Below the pieces are notes generated by a model. It was not told the origin of the DNA. It worked only from the letters and a program-made list of their open reading frames with translations, and did no database searches. A DNA stretch of 60,459 bases, counting the filler, from Dirinaria sp. TL-2023a (taxonomy: Eukaryota): NCBI GenBank assembly GCA_051941275.1. It is 8 parts of 8 records of this genome, joined end to end, with 100 filler letters (N's around TTAATTAATTAA, not from the genome) between each part and the next. Parts side by side here need not be neighbours in the genome. Positions count along the whole stretch, not along the records: positions 45,435 to 52,898 come from JAVEBF010001312.1; positions 52,999 to 60,459 come from JAVEBF010001313.1; 6 more parts are not named here. The stretch is one strand, 5' to 3'. This document shows, piece by piece, positions 48,517 to 60,180 of the stretch. The position numbers were made by a program, and so were the translations under genes. Position 1 is the stretch's first letter. Each line of letters starts with the position of its first letter.

Positions 48517-49481
48517 GGTTGCGAAATTGGAGGTGGGATACGGAAGAACAACTGTTACCTGCAGCGGCTCATGTGTGGGATGATGTATTGGGAAATGGTC
48601 AAGATGATCGATAGTTGAGAGAAGATGATGAGAGCAGTGAGGTGGGTATGGAGGATAATAAATAGGGAGAGAGGAACAATGAGGAGTACATGTGTATGAC
48701 TCGGTGGTATTGTTGATGTTATTGTTGGGAGAGTGAATTACGGGGGGGGGAAGGGAAGTGAATGGCGGAGGTAGAAGTTGCCCTTCCTGGCGCTAGTTGG
48801 GAGTGAAGGTGCGGGCGTTTGTCTGAGAGTTGAAAGTCACTACTTAGTCTTACCTAAGCGGCTCTGGTGGCGCTTCCTGATCTGTTTACCCTCTCTCGCC
48901 TCTCATCCCCCTCCCCTCCAATTATTGTTCTTATTATTATTATTGTGTTTAGGGTCCCATTATTGTCTCCTTCACTCTGCTGCCAAATTCCCTTCCCCGC
49001 TACTCCTTTTCATCTATCAATGCCTCTCTCAATTTATTCCCAATTCTTGGGCCTTTGAAATCTGTCTATATTTGACAATGGCACTTTCGTGGTGAATTAG
49101 TCCATCGTCACCTTCTTGTTGAGGGGGGGGAATTGTTTATCCACTAGCACGGTACGGCAGTACTTGTATCCGCTCCCATAGTAATCGTAATTCCGAGCTT
49201 ACCTCATCCAACCAATCTGGCTCTAACCATTTCAGTCAATATGTACCTTCCCGTCCATCACCTACCTTACCTTACCTAGGTGTGCTTTAGCCTACTTTGT
49301 AGTGTTCTCAGAAGTTAATTTGCATTGAACTACCCCAAGCTGGAGGAACTAATCATGCTTTTCACTTCTAGGATGTGCTGCTATTCTTGACTAGGTATCT
49401 TGATCAATAACCCCAGTAATGGAGCAAGATTCTGTACAGTAGTCTCCCATTCCTTGCGATAGACCCTCGATCTCTGCCTAT

Positions 49482-52400
49482 ATGCCCCTCATAATGGATC
49501 AAGATCTGGATGCCCTGTTTGGCGACTCTGGGGATGTTCCCCCAATCCATATCCCGCAGTCTCTTCCCAGAGATCTGTTACAGTACGTGGACGAGCTACG
49601 CTCTACGGGCTGTTGTCAGTACGTTTGTCCCATCGACCATGTCCACAAGCTGAAATCTGGAGTAGGCGCATTGCCTGGTCAAGACTAGGCTGCATTGCGT
49701 ACATTACCGACAATGGCCGGGGCGTAAGCACTCGCAACCTCTTTTGTAATCCAGAAAATGGCAGGTGGGTATTGAGTAGAGCTGTCTCGATTGGTGGGGT
49801 ATCCGCTATACATAATGAATGTCCACTTGTCCATCTATCCTGGAGCCATCGCGGTGGTGATTTGGCCGTCTTTGATGCCCTGGGTCGCATTTCCATTCTG
49901 ACAGCCCTGCCAACGGTTTTGGGCGAATTTGATCTCCCGGAACAATGCATTGTTAACGCTGAAGACCAGCTCAGTGCGGTGGTGGGTTTGTTGTGGCTGA
50001 ATCACGACAGGATGGTAATGCAAACAATCTTCTTTCTTCAGCTGTGCCGCCATTGAGCAAGTGCATAGGTCGTGTTCCACGAATCAGCAACTAAAGAAGT
50101 AAACGGACACTGGAGCTTTTCAACCTCCTCGCAAAAGCCGTTAGGCCCACAGAACCCCAGCAGTGGCATGTCGGCTTTGATTACGGTCACCAAGAACGGT
50201 ACAATCAGACTTCTACTTCAAGGGCCAGACCGTGCATGGCAGGAAGCGAAAACAGAATTGGACGTCCATTCGGTCCCTGCGGAGCTCCTAACACACGCAA
50301 CAATCGCTGCACACAGAGGTCAGACTTAGTAGTCACTTCTCATTCTTGCTGGTGCGCTGCTGATGCAGGCCAGCATAGATAGCACCATACTAGTGGCTAC
50401 CCACACTACAGACCATCAACTCGCGCTGTACTGTGTTAGCATCGATTTCCAACGCTTGTCTTTCCATATTCAGCATCTGCAAAAGGTGAACGACTGTTTC
50501 CCAACAGGCATTGATACGAGGGGACTGGCAGAGAGTGGTTCTTTCCCGAACGCACAGCTTTCGCATCTGGAATATTTTCCACAAGGGCCCGAGAATCGAC
50601 ATGGAGAACCGTCGCGCCCGTTTGTCCTTGCTTCGTTCACGGATATTTCGGAACAGTATGAAAATGATGGGAATAATTCACTCTGTAGCGTGGTATGTAG
50701 GTGGGAATTGCGTAATGACAAACCTCGCGTGCACCCCAATTTCGAGAATTTGGGTTCGAAAACGCATAAAACCGCAAAGGCTGAATTACCGGTAAGCCAA
50801 ATACTAGCGTCAACTTCTGGAGGAGGGAGTTGACAGCAATGCAGGTGGATGTGACTGTGAAGCGGCTGCCTGATACATTTATACCCAAGATATTCCTTTC
50901 CGTACAGCAGATGCGTCTCAGCACACTCCTAGCTATCGCTTTCACTGATGGCAGCGTTGAGATCAGGGACCGGATCACTATGGAGCTGATTGCCCGCGAC
51001 AACATTCACAAGCAAATCGCAGGTTTGGGGCAAATTGGCTTTGAGTTTCCACAAAGCGGATCTCGTACGTTCACGTACTCGAAACAGTTGTCCGTCCAAG
51101 AAATTGACCAGATTAGTTTTACATGTCGCATACTCTCCGAATATATGCGCTCTCGCCCATTCTCGTGATGGCACAGACGTCTCCATCTGCCTGCTACAGA
51201 TGCCCGTCGACGAAACGGTGGACGATGAGTTATTGGAGGCGATTGCGGAGGGATTCGTATTGCACTTCTCGAGCGCGTGTACGAGCTATGGCAATCATCA
51301 GGCCGATCTCCTCGCGGTCATGCAGCTCTTCTCGGACCACCATCCAGACAGCAAAATCGACCAAAGAATTTTGAATGAACTCTATCGTGTACTCGACATT
51401 CGACTCGATCATGCCATGAGGGCTCAGCCGGACTGGCTTTTCAAAAATTCAATCATTCAGCGCTGTCTCGGTTCTCAGCTCTCGCTTGGATACCACGGGA
51501 CACAGCTACCACGATCGTTACCTGCCAAGATAGCGCAAGGCTTTCTGGACATTCGTTCCGCGACATTAATAACTATGTATGGCGCCCGCAAGAAGGTCCC
51601 GGACCAACAAGCGCCAACTGACGCCGAGAGAGCCGAAGAACTCCGCGCAGTCATCGGCCAAATCTCCTGGTTTACATCTTTCATGAGCTTCGTAGTCAAC
51701 CAGCTGTTCCGTCTCAGCCCAGACGACGACGACGACAACCAAAACCCCCTCACCCAGCCCGCCATCCAATCCAAAGTGCACAGCCTTTCTACGCCCGCCC
51801 TCTCTCTGCTGCTGATCTCGACATCGCGCCTGTTCCTCAAATACAACTGCCAAACCTTGCGCCAATACGCCTTCGAAGCCAACAGTTTCCGGGGGTATCC
51901 CAGCCCCCTGCGCGATGCCTATCAGACCGTGATATCGGTCCTGCGGGACTCACCCGTGCAACTGGTCCAGTTCGAAAAGATGATTACGGAAGTCGATACG
52001 AAGATCAAAGAAGCATACCAGAGTGGCAGCAGCAGCAGCAGCAACGGTGGAGCGGGAATCACCGACGCCGAGCGCAAGAACATCGAGAAGGAAATGCTCG
52101 TCTCGGGAACCATCCCCTCGGTCTTGATGCCCGCCGTGACCACGCTGCTAACCAGCACTGTGACCACGCTCCGCGAAGAAATCGACGTCGCGGAACTCTA
52201 CTTCAGCGATTTCTCCTGGCTCGATCTGAATAACAGCGAACCTGAAGACAGTAGTGAAACCGAAAAGGAAACCGCCACCCACAACACCGACGAACCGCGA
52301 AAGAAGAAGAAGAAGAAAAGAAGACGGATCGAGAAACCGAGAGTAGACTCCATCCGCAAAGTCGAGCTGAAACCGGGCTCGAAATTCAAGCGCTGTGTTC

Positions 52401-52543
52401 GATGTTGTGCGCTCATTGGCGATGATCGGCAGCAGCAGCAGCAGCAGCAGCAGCCGTACGCGACGCGGAATCAGGCCCTGGCGCAGCTGTTGAAGACGTG
52501 TTTGTGTGGGGATCAGTGCATGGATCCTGCGAGGGAGAAGTAA
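49482..52543 (+). CDS. MED16: Mediator tail subunit Med16 (Sin4), multi-exon
   Basis: MPLIMDQDLDALFGD...ELRSTGCCQ-RIAWSRLGCIAYIT, LSWS...DLAVFDALGRISI, IAFTDGSVEIRDR, LGQIGFEFP, C-terminal KRCVRC...CLCG. Successive ORFs are separated by short GT-AG introns. Confidence 0.88.
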
Positions 52544-52898
52544 GGTGGGGGTTTGGGAAGATGTACGAAGTCAGTATCATGAGGCATTGTATCTGGCCAG
52601 GGCATGCCAGGGCATGCCATGTCATGCACGATGTACAAGGTACAGTAGGTATTTTTTGGGTTTGTTTTTTTTTTTTTTTTTGTTTTTTTGGTTTACTTGG
52701 AGAGATAGAGCGCGAAGGAAAAAAAAAACGTTTCAGGCCATTCCTTTATATCCATTCATCCATCCATCACCTTCTCTCCACCCCTTTCTACATGCAAGTA
52801 AAGTAAATCAATCCATCTCGTAGAGTAAACATCCCCCTTTGACCACCCTCACCTTCCCCCTCTCATATAAGGTACCCTATCGTATGGCCCTCGAAGGT

Positions 52899-52998
52899 NN
52901 NNNNNNNNNNNNNNNNNNNNNNNNNNNNNNNNNNNNNNNNNNTTAATTAATTAANNNNNNNNNNNNNNNNNNNNNNNNNNNNNNNNNNNNNNNNNNNN
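52899..52998. other. Artificial contig-join linker
   Basis: N44-TTAATTAATTAA-N44. Confidence 0.99.
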
Positions 52999-53016
52999 AA
53001 AAAAAAAAAAAAAAAA

Positions 53017-53054
<38 letters not shown>
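52999..53054. repeat. Poly(A) homopolymer at contig edge
   Basis: 56 bp of A interrupted by one T. Confidence 0.95.
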
Positions 53055-53056
<2 letters not shown>

Positions 53057-53383
53057 ATCCTCATCTGAGGAGGTGGACTGGTGGAGGGGAGAGTGAGTGG
53101 GAGTGGGGATTAGATTGATGGGCCGATAATCCTTTACTACTACTGGTATGCTTTTTATTTACAACTTTCTGAGAAAAAGATCTTTTTTTTTTCTTGATTT
53201 TTTCTTTTTCTTTTCTTGTGTAAATATCACCATAGCCTTCGTAACGCTTTTGTGTACACGCATGTTTTGGTAGGATACAATACTTTATTCAGACCGGTTG
53301 TCTAATCCTAGCTCTCCTTCCTCCGGTTTGCTATTGTTACCACCATCCTCTGGTAACCCATTATTTCCTTCTTCCACCCAATG

Positions 53384-55616
53384 TCACGAGAACATCGAAA
53401 AGAAATCTTTCTGTTGCTCCGTCTTCGGGGGTCCGAGGATGCGATCGACGTCGTCCTGGTCGATGACCGCGCCTTTACCCGAGCATTTCGCCTTGGCCTT
53501 CAGTTGGGAACATAGATCGTCCATTTCCACCGCTCCCGATGTGACTTTGTCGGAGGAGTGCACACGTTCCCTGAACCGTGGGTCAGCAGACTTTCTTCGA
53601 CAGACGGATCGAAAAGCTAGGTCATTGGTGGAAGGAGGGGCGGGAACTGCGAGCAGTGGAGATTAAGTACTAACCAAAGTTTATCGCATGTCAGGAATTG
53701 CTTTGGCTTTGGGTTAGCCACCTCTGTCGGATCATCATTCGCGTTCTGTGCAACATCACACTGCTTGATCGGGTCTATTGCGCCTTCTTTCACCGCGTTG
53801 ACCGCACTCTGCGCCGGCCTCGGCTCCGTGAAGATATCACCCGTGTTGTACGGCTGTGAGAAATCCTGGGTTAGATAAGCCTCGTTGAAGAAATCCCCAA
53901 ACGAGCCGTTCACGATATTATCCTGGCTATCTCTATAATCACCAAAGAGCACCGGATCGAACTGTCCGCCGTTCTGCTGGGCTAGGAAGTCAATTCCATT
54001 GAAATCATTCGCAGGGGACTTCACTACGGCTGGCCGTTGTGCTACGAAGGTGTCAGCTTCCAAACCCAGTCGGACTGTTGGGGATAGAGGGTTTTCTTAC
54101 CTGCATTGTATTTCGGGACGTGGGTGGCAATCTCCTCGTTAATGGTATTTAGCGCGCCCTCGCTAGGTTTGCGGTATTCGGGAGAGTCGGCGGAGGCTTC
54201 AGGGGTGGTGCCACAGGATGAGTCAAGCCCGCCGCCATGCGACATGGAGGATGCAGATGGTGAGCTGGTAGAACCGTTGTGGCCCACGGACGGAATGTTA
54301 GCTAAGGCTCGATAGCTGTCCGTACTGGATGATTTCCTAGGCCCTGTGTTGACAGAAGCAGTACTCGAAGGAAAGTTGTAATCTTCGGATCCGCTGCGGC
54401 GGGCAGTTTCTAGGATAGAAGGACTGAAAAGCCCGTTGAGTTCCTCTAAGCCATTGCCACTGAAAGCGCTGTTTGGAGATTGATATGGTCCTGAGGATTG
54501 GGTCGTTGGAGCTGACACTACATTGAGATTTGTCGGAGAAGCTCGGTTCAAATTCATCGGGGACCCTCTATTGTTGGGATTCTTCGGAGATCCTGCCGTG
54601 GGTGACTGCGAGGAAGACGCCCTTGCGGATTGCTGCAAAGTCGAGTTCGGACTTCGACCCGATTGTGAAGTTTGACGAGCAGGCGGTGAAATCTGGGAAC
54701 GAGAGCCATTACTCATAAAGTTCCCGGGAAGGCCTGCTCCGGGAAGGCCTCCGAAATTTGGAAATGCGAACATGAAATCATTGTTGTTGCTCTGGTATGA
54801 GTTGTACGAAGCTGGGCTGGTGGTAGGCGGTGACCGGCCAACGGCTGGCGCAGTCAAGGACATGCGATGGCGATATTCCTTGACTTCAGTGTTCAGACGT
54901 TCGACCTCCGCGCGCAGACGCCCATTCTCATGATTTGTCGCTTCCGAAGCCTTCTCTAAGTCTTCCACCTTGGTTTCTAGATCTTTGAGGTGACGTTCTT
55001 TCCGTTCTCGGAAAGCCCGTTGCGCAGCCCGATTTTGAGCTTTTCGTTTCTAGACAGGTGATGTCAGTGCGTCGAAACGTGGATTATGCATGATGAGAAA
55101 ACGCACCGTTGTTGGTTCTCCGGTGATCGGCTTTCTGCCAGGTTTCCGGCCGCTCTTCTCACCACTCTCGCGACGCTTTCCAGACCCTTCCTCGTCGCCG
55201 CCATCATCATCCGATGATTTCTTCCTTTTGTCATGATGTTCTGCGTTATCGCCATCTGGTAAGGCTGGCAGATCTCCAAAAAGGTCACCACTGTTATCCC
55301 AATCGAAATTGCCATCCTCCAGTTCGAAGTCACCCAGCGGACTTGTATCCTCGAAATGACCGGAGGCTGGTCCGTCCTGCTCCGGAGATGTGTACAGGGT
55401 CGAGCTATTCAACGGCGTGCTTCTCGGGGTTTGATTCACCATACCGTTGGATGTCTGCGTTTTGGAGCCTTCGCCGGCTGCTGGCTGGTCGAAGGAACTC
55501 TGAGCGGGAGCTCGAGGGCTGTTGGATGCCAGAGCAGTCCTGAGTAGCGCCCGCTCGTCGCTGGTCAGCGAGAGATTCGGGCCGTAGACAGTCGATGGCG
55601 ATTGAGTGCTGCCCAT
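53384..55616 (-). CDS. YAP1: AP-1-like oxidative-stress bZIP factor (Yap1/NapA/Pap1); 4 exons (55616-55107, 55049-54101, 54041-53675, 53570-53384)
   Basis: Basic region KRKAQNRAAQRAFRERKERHLKDLE with a leucine zipper, DFLAQQNGGQFDPVLFGDYR, and the C-terminal cysteine-rich domain LTCDKLWERV...MDDLCSQLKAKAKCSGKG. Confidence 0.95.
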
Positions 55617-56112
55617 GGCTGGATTGTTGTTGGTGGCGAGTGTCTTGGATTAGGCTCCAAGTTTTTTTTTTCAATTGAGAGCACGCTTTATTCCACCCCG
55701 CACCACCGCGGGCTTCGGAAGCGGCGGATAAGGGGCCTAGCGAACTGCAAGAGGCTGTGACGCAAGAGTCAGATCTCCAGCACAGCCGAGATGCAAGATA
55801 AAAAAATAGAGAGCAAGCTATTGTCTGGTCAATGTACTGGAAGATGGGGAAGAAATAATAATGTTGGCGGCAAGTAAAGTAGTAGGCAAGTGAAGATGAC
55901 GATGTCAGCCGCGCGAAAGTATTTGGGTGATGATCGACCCTGTTTCTTTCCCCAATTGCACCTAGTTCAATGGCCCAGGTACACCGACTGTTCGTATGGA
56001 AAATGGCGAAATAGGTGGGAAATGGAAGTCGCTCCAATCAGGAGAGGATGATAACACGTGTAAAGAATAGGATCAGATAAGTAGGAGGTACCAGTAGTAG
56101 CAGGGGGGTAAT

Positions 56113-56138
56113 ATTGGGGGATTATTGGGGACTATTGG
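56113..56138 (-). promoter_or_regulatory. Three tandem CCAAT boxes upstream of YAP1
   Basis: ATTGG at 56113, 56124 and 56134 (spacing 11 and 10 bp); further CCAAT at 55952 and 56034. Confidence 0.55.
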
Positions 56139-56767
56139 GTGTGGGCTGGTGAGTGACTCCTGAGTGGTAGAAACGGCCGATGATGGCATTAATGGCGCAC
56201 TTAAACTCAGGACGAGTCACGTACGGAACCTTTTAGCAGGCAAACCACCGATCACCAGCGACCACCAGCCTCACAAGGTTTCATCTCTACAGTCACATCT
56301 CTGCCTTAGACCTGGTGCTGAACCAATGGCTGTCGAGCGTGTTGGAGGCCTGGATTGCGATCGGTGATACATGGTGGATGGATATTGTCGTGGTGCATGG
56401 GGGTTCTTTACTTGCTTGATAATCAAAACTTGCGCCTCGGCGGAGTTCGCGCCGAGTTCGCATCCGACCCCAACCCTTACCTAATCCAGTCAATGCCTCT
56501 CCTCGTCAGTCACGTGATCGTCAAACCGCTTCCCACTAGCCTCTTGCTACTGTACTGCTTGCTGCGGCTTCTTCAGTCGAATCCAGTAAGGTAAGGTAAG
56601 GTAGGCTTCGGACTTTCGAGATCTTTTCTCCATATTTTGCAGATACCTCCGTAGTCCTGCCCTACCTTACATCAGAGGTCTTCTGGTACAGTCCAATCAT
56701 CATACACTCTCTTCTTCGTCAGAGATACACTTCAGCCACCAACAACTGTCCCCGAAGTCAAGGCACT

Positions 56768-57780
56768 ATGAGCAATGAGGTCGCAGCGTTGGAGGCAGAG
56801 GTGAAGGAGTACAAATTACAGGTACACTGATTCCACCAATGATCCTTTCTCTGCTGGAACACACGCTGACATTACCGCCACTCTAGTTAGAGACTGTAGA
56901 TTCTGGCCTCCAGGCAGACCCCGACAATGCGGAGCTGCAAAACCTCAAGACGGAGCTTGAAGAAGTCATTACCCTCACCGAAACCGCGATCGCAGAGCTA
57001 AAGCCAGCATCAGCACCACAAGTTGCCAAGAAGGCCTCTCCTCCACCCGTGAAGGAAAAGTGGTCCAAGGAAAACCACCCCGCCTATCAGGCCGGCTATC
57101 GCAAACCAGCCACACCTCAGAGTCCGGTCGTGGAGGAAGTTCAGGGCTCGACAACATTCCAGGTGAACGATAATGTGCTGGCAAAGTGGAAATCGGGCGA
57201 TAAATCCTTCTACCCAGCACGCATTACGTCCATAACAGGATCCTCCAGCAAGCCCGTCTACATCGTCACCTTTAAATCTTACTCCACAACCGAGACCCTT
57301 TCCGCCCAGGACATCAAGCCACTATCCAATGATTCAAAGAAGCGCAAGGCTGATGGCATGTCAGGGACACCTGCAGGGCCGACGTTGCCAACAAATACCA
57401 GTGTCATATCGGCGGCAGCAGACATCAACCCGGCCTTGGCAAGCCAAGCAAAGAAGGAGCCGAGCAAGGTAAGCGACGGGCCGACGAGGCCAGCAAAGGT
57501 ACCGCGAAAAGTCAAAGCGAACAAAGAGTTGGAGGCTGGGAAGAGCAAGTGGCAAGACTTTGCAACCAAAGGCAAGTTCGGCAAGGCTGGCAAGAAGGAG
57601 AGTATGTTCAGAACGCCGGAAGGTGTAAACGCGAGGGGTATGCTCCCTTTCCGCTTCTTATATCGTGATGTTGACTGACATCTTGCAGTCGGATTCACGG
57701 GCTCAGGACAGCAGATGCGGAAAGATCCGTCAAGGAGTAGGCACATTTATCAACAAGGCGGGGACGAAGACGGCTATTGA
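56768..57780 (+). CDS. SPF30: Tudor-domain splicing factor Spf30/SMNDC1; 3 exons (introns 56822-56886, 57638-57688)
   Basis: EYKLQ-LETVDSGLQADPDNAELQNLKTELEEVI, Tudor domain FQVNDNVLAKWKSGDKSFYPARITSI, KSKWQDF, SMFRTPEGVNARVGFTGSG. Confidence 0.9.
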
Positions 57781-58956
57781 TGACTGATGAGGGTATGAAT
57801 GCTGTGCAAGACACCGAGGGTGGAAATTTGGCGACTTCGAGTGTATCACACCGGCAAGATAGTCTATTCTAGGAAGTGAGCTTGTGCTGACCAAATCTGT
57901 GGCGAAGGGATATAGACGTCAGCAGCGAAATTTTATGCTCAATACATGATGCGTCTCAAGCATCTGGGTTTGTCCCTCATCCCATCTGGTGTACAAGCTA
58001 AGCCAAACGGTTAGCAGGCAATTTCAGCTTACGGTAGGTCCGAGACGGAACGTTCGCCTGCATGTGCTACTGGAATTTCTTTCCAAATTCGAGCTCTTAT
58101 CGTTTTTAACTCCTCGTAGCCCCTTCTATCATCAATTTTATCTTTGGCTCCCTCTCCGTTGGGAGCAGTACTTTTCATTCGTATAACAGCCTTCTCCTAT
58201 TTAGATCCTCCCCACATTATGCAGCTCGTACATTGTTTTGAAATGAGCCGGTTCGACAATGTATAATGAAAAGTCACTTGTTTTCTCCCGTGGGACAAGG
58301 ATTTCAGGTCCTCAACCCGACTCTTGAATGCGAGAGGCTCAAATGCGAAAAGTCGATTGCTATCGATCCTTAAAGCCATTGCCTGAGGTGTTGGTAGATT
58401 GTGATACGCCGTAGTCTGATCTGATCATGCTGGTAATGTTACCAAGCAGACTTCGGTGAGTACATTTCCCACAAGACTTCTCAGGGTGGAGAGCAGCTCA
58501 TAGGTGCTCCTTTATGAGTCGGTTAGGCCACGCCATGTGACCAAAGATTATCTCTTATCTTGTTGGAAAGTGAGCGGCATAGGGCATACCCGGCAGAGAG
58601 GGCGCTAGGTCCAATCGGGGTATAGACCTCCGCACATAAAGGTTGCCATGTGAATAACCAACCTACACACATAGAAGTATCAATAATAGACGGTATGCGA
58701 AGTCCAATTGGGTCACCAAGTTCAATATATCTATCTAAATGTGTGAAATCACCCAAGGAGCAGAGTGTACCCAAAAAAGATCCGAAAGGACTGAGGCTGA
58801 TAGATGAAAAGGGGAGTAAAATCATTCGCCATCCTTGTGTACTCAATAAACATGCGGAAAAGACTGATGCTGATAGATCAAAAGGAAAGTAGAACTGTTT
58901 GCTATTCCCAATCTAGTGCATTTCAAGGCATCCCGAATTTTTCCCACGTTGGCACC

Positions 58957-59590
58957 TCATTTGCTCATGTTCTCAAACTCTTTGTCAAACCATTCCACAG
59001 CCTCTTTGTCTGTGCCGAATTTTATAACATCAGCTGTCACCTTTTTTTTTTCCCCATTTTTCCATGCGTTGTCGCCTCATCACGAAGGAGCGCCGCCGTG
59101 CCGCTGTCAGGTCCTGCAAAAACTTCGTATTGCCGAAGCAAAGATGCCACTCGTCGCTGACCTCGGCCATATAAGGCAGCCGCGGCTTCAAGAATCTATC
59201 CTGCAGGTATTTGCCAAAATTGCCGGCATGTTGGAGTTTCGTTTGATTTGCCTCGATGCAGCGGAACCAGACTGGGACAAAAATGCTTTAGCCATCTTGA
59301 GCTGAGTGAGAAATTTGTACGAGTACTTTGGGGGTTCAGGCAGCTGAACTTACTGCTGGGATTGCGACTGTTGTAACTTCTGACCTGACTCAGTAGATCC
59401 TTTTCATCCCCGAACTTCACGTAGTGCACCTCTTTGGGATCATCCCCAATCGGAAACGTACCATCCTTGGTCTTGACCTTCTCCTTGACGTAGATGTAGT
59501 TGCCATGTTCAGGGTTAGGGGAGATGACCAAGTAGCAGCCCTTATTTTCGCCCTCCATCTCAACCCATTGTTGAAAAATTCGTGTTCCCA
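58957..59590 (-). CDS. Small orphan gene or pseudogene with a possible GIY-YIG (T5orf172/MUG113-like) domain; first exon not located
   Basis: An exon after a CTGAT..CAG acceptor (59591) reads NYIYVKEK...HYVKFGDEKDLLSQVRSYNSRNPS. After a GTAAGT donor (59353) it continues (I)WFRCIEANQ...YLQDRFLKPRLPYMAEVSDEWHLC. The family call is by eye only. Confidence 0.4.
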
Positions 59591-59670
59591 CTGCAAAAAT
59601 CAGGCAGTCTTTTCAGGAAATTGACAATGAAAGCGCTGGACTGGGATACCAGTGTGGGGCCTCTAGAAGA

Positions 59671-60180
59671 CTTATACCATTAGTAACTAGAGCAGATAAG
59701 GGTGGAATTTTCAGCCACCATAAAATATCAGTACCCGCAGACATAGATGGGTTTCACAGCCAGCCACTATCATACAAATTAGTAACCCTGGCAAATATCT
59801 ACGAATTTCCAGCCAACCACCACGAGAGATTAGTCTTGACAGACATCAATGAGCTTGCAGCTAGCCACTATTTCACAAATGAGTGGTCCTGGCAGATATC
59901 TACGGAATTTCAGTCAGCCACTATCATACAAATCAGCAGTCTTAGCAGAGAACTACGAATTTTCAGCCAGCCACTACAAGAGATTATAGTCTTGACAGAC
60001 ATCAATGGGTTTTACAGCCAGCCACTATTTTACAAATGAGCAGTTCGAGCAGAGATCTACGAATCTCCAGCCAGCCACCATCAAATATCAGTCCCCGGCA
60101 CTGCAGGCATCAACGAGCTTGCAGCCAGCCCCTATCATACAAATGAGTAGTCCTGACAAATAATCTACAAATCTTTAGCC
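59671..60180. repeat. Degenerate minisatellite of about 10 units (45-54 bp) with a CAGCCAGCCAC core and two unit subtypes
   Basis: Units start at 59712, 59757, 59810, 59858, 59911, 59964, 60015, 60068 and 60122, with a partial unit at 59671-59711. Confidence 0.93.

Noticed and set aside
535..55616. Apparent cluster of chromatin/transcription regulators (RPD3, HOS4, HST4, MED16, YAP1)
   Set aside because: They lie on four different contigs joined only by size order; only HST4/MED16 are true neighbours.
55405..56037. 210-aa minus ORF overlapping the YAP1 5' end
   Set aside because: Starts at a non-ATG codon, no domain recognised, and I saw no upstream ATG in the proximal ~300 nt of the leader, so no uORF is claimed.
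56150..56220. TGACTC/GAGTCA AP-1/Gcn4-like hexamers between YAP1 and SPF30
   Set aside because: Neither is a full TGASTCA or TTASTAA site; too short to distinguish from chance.
59712..60180. CRISPR-like repeat-spacer appearance
   Set aside because: The spacers are homologous to each other (two subtypes), the constant part is only 11 bp, there are no cas genes, and the host is a fungus.
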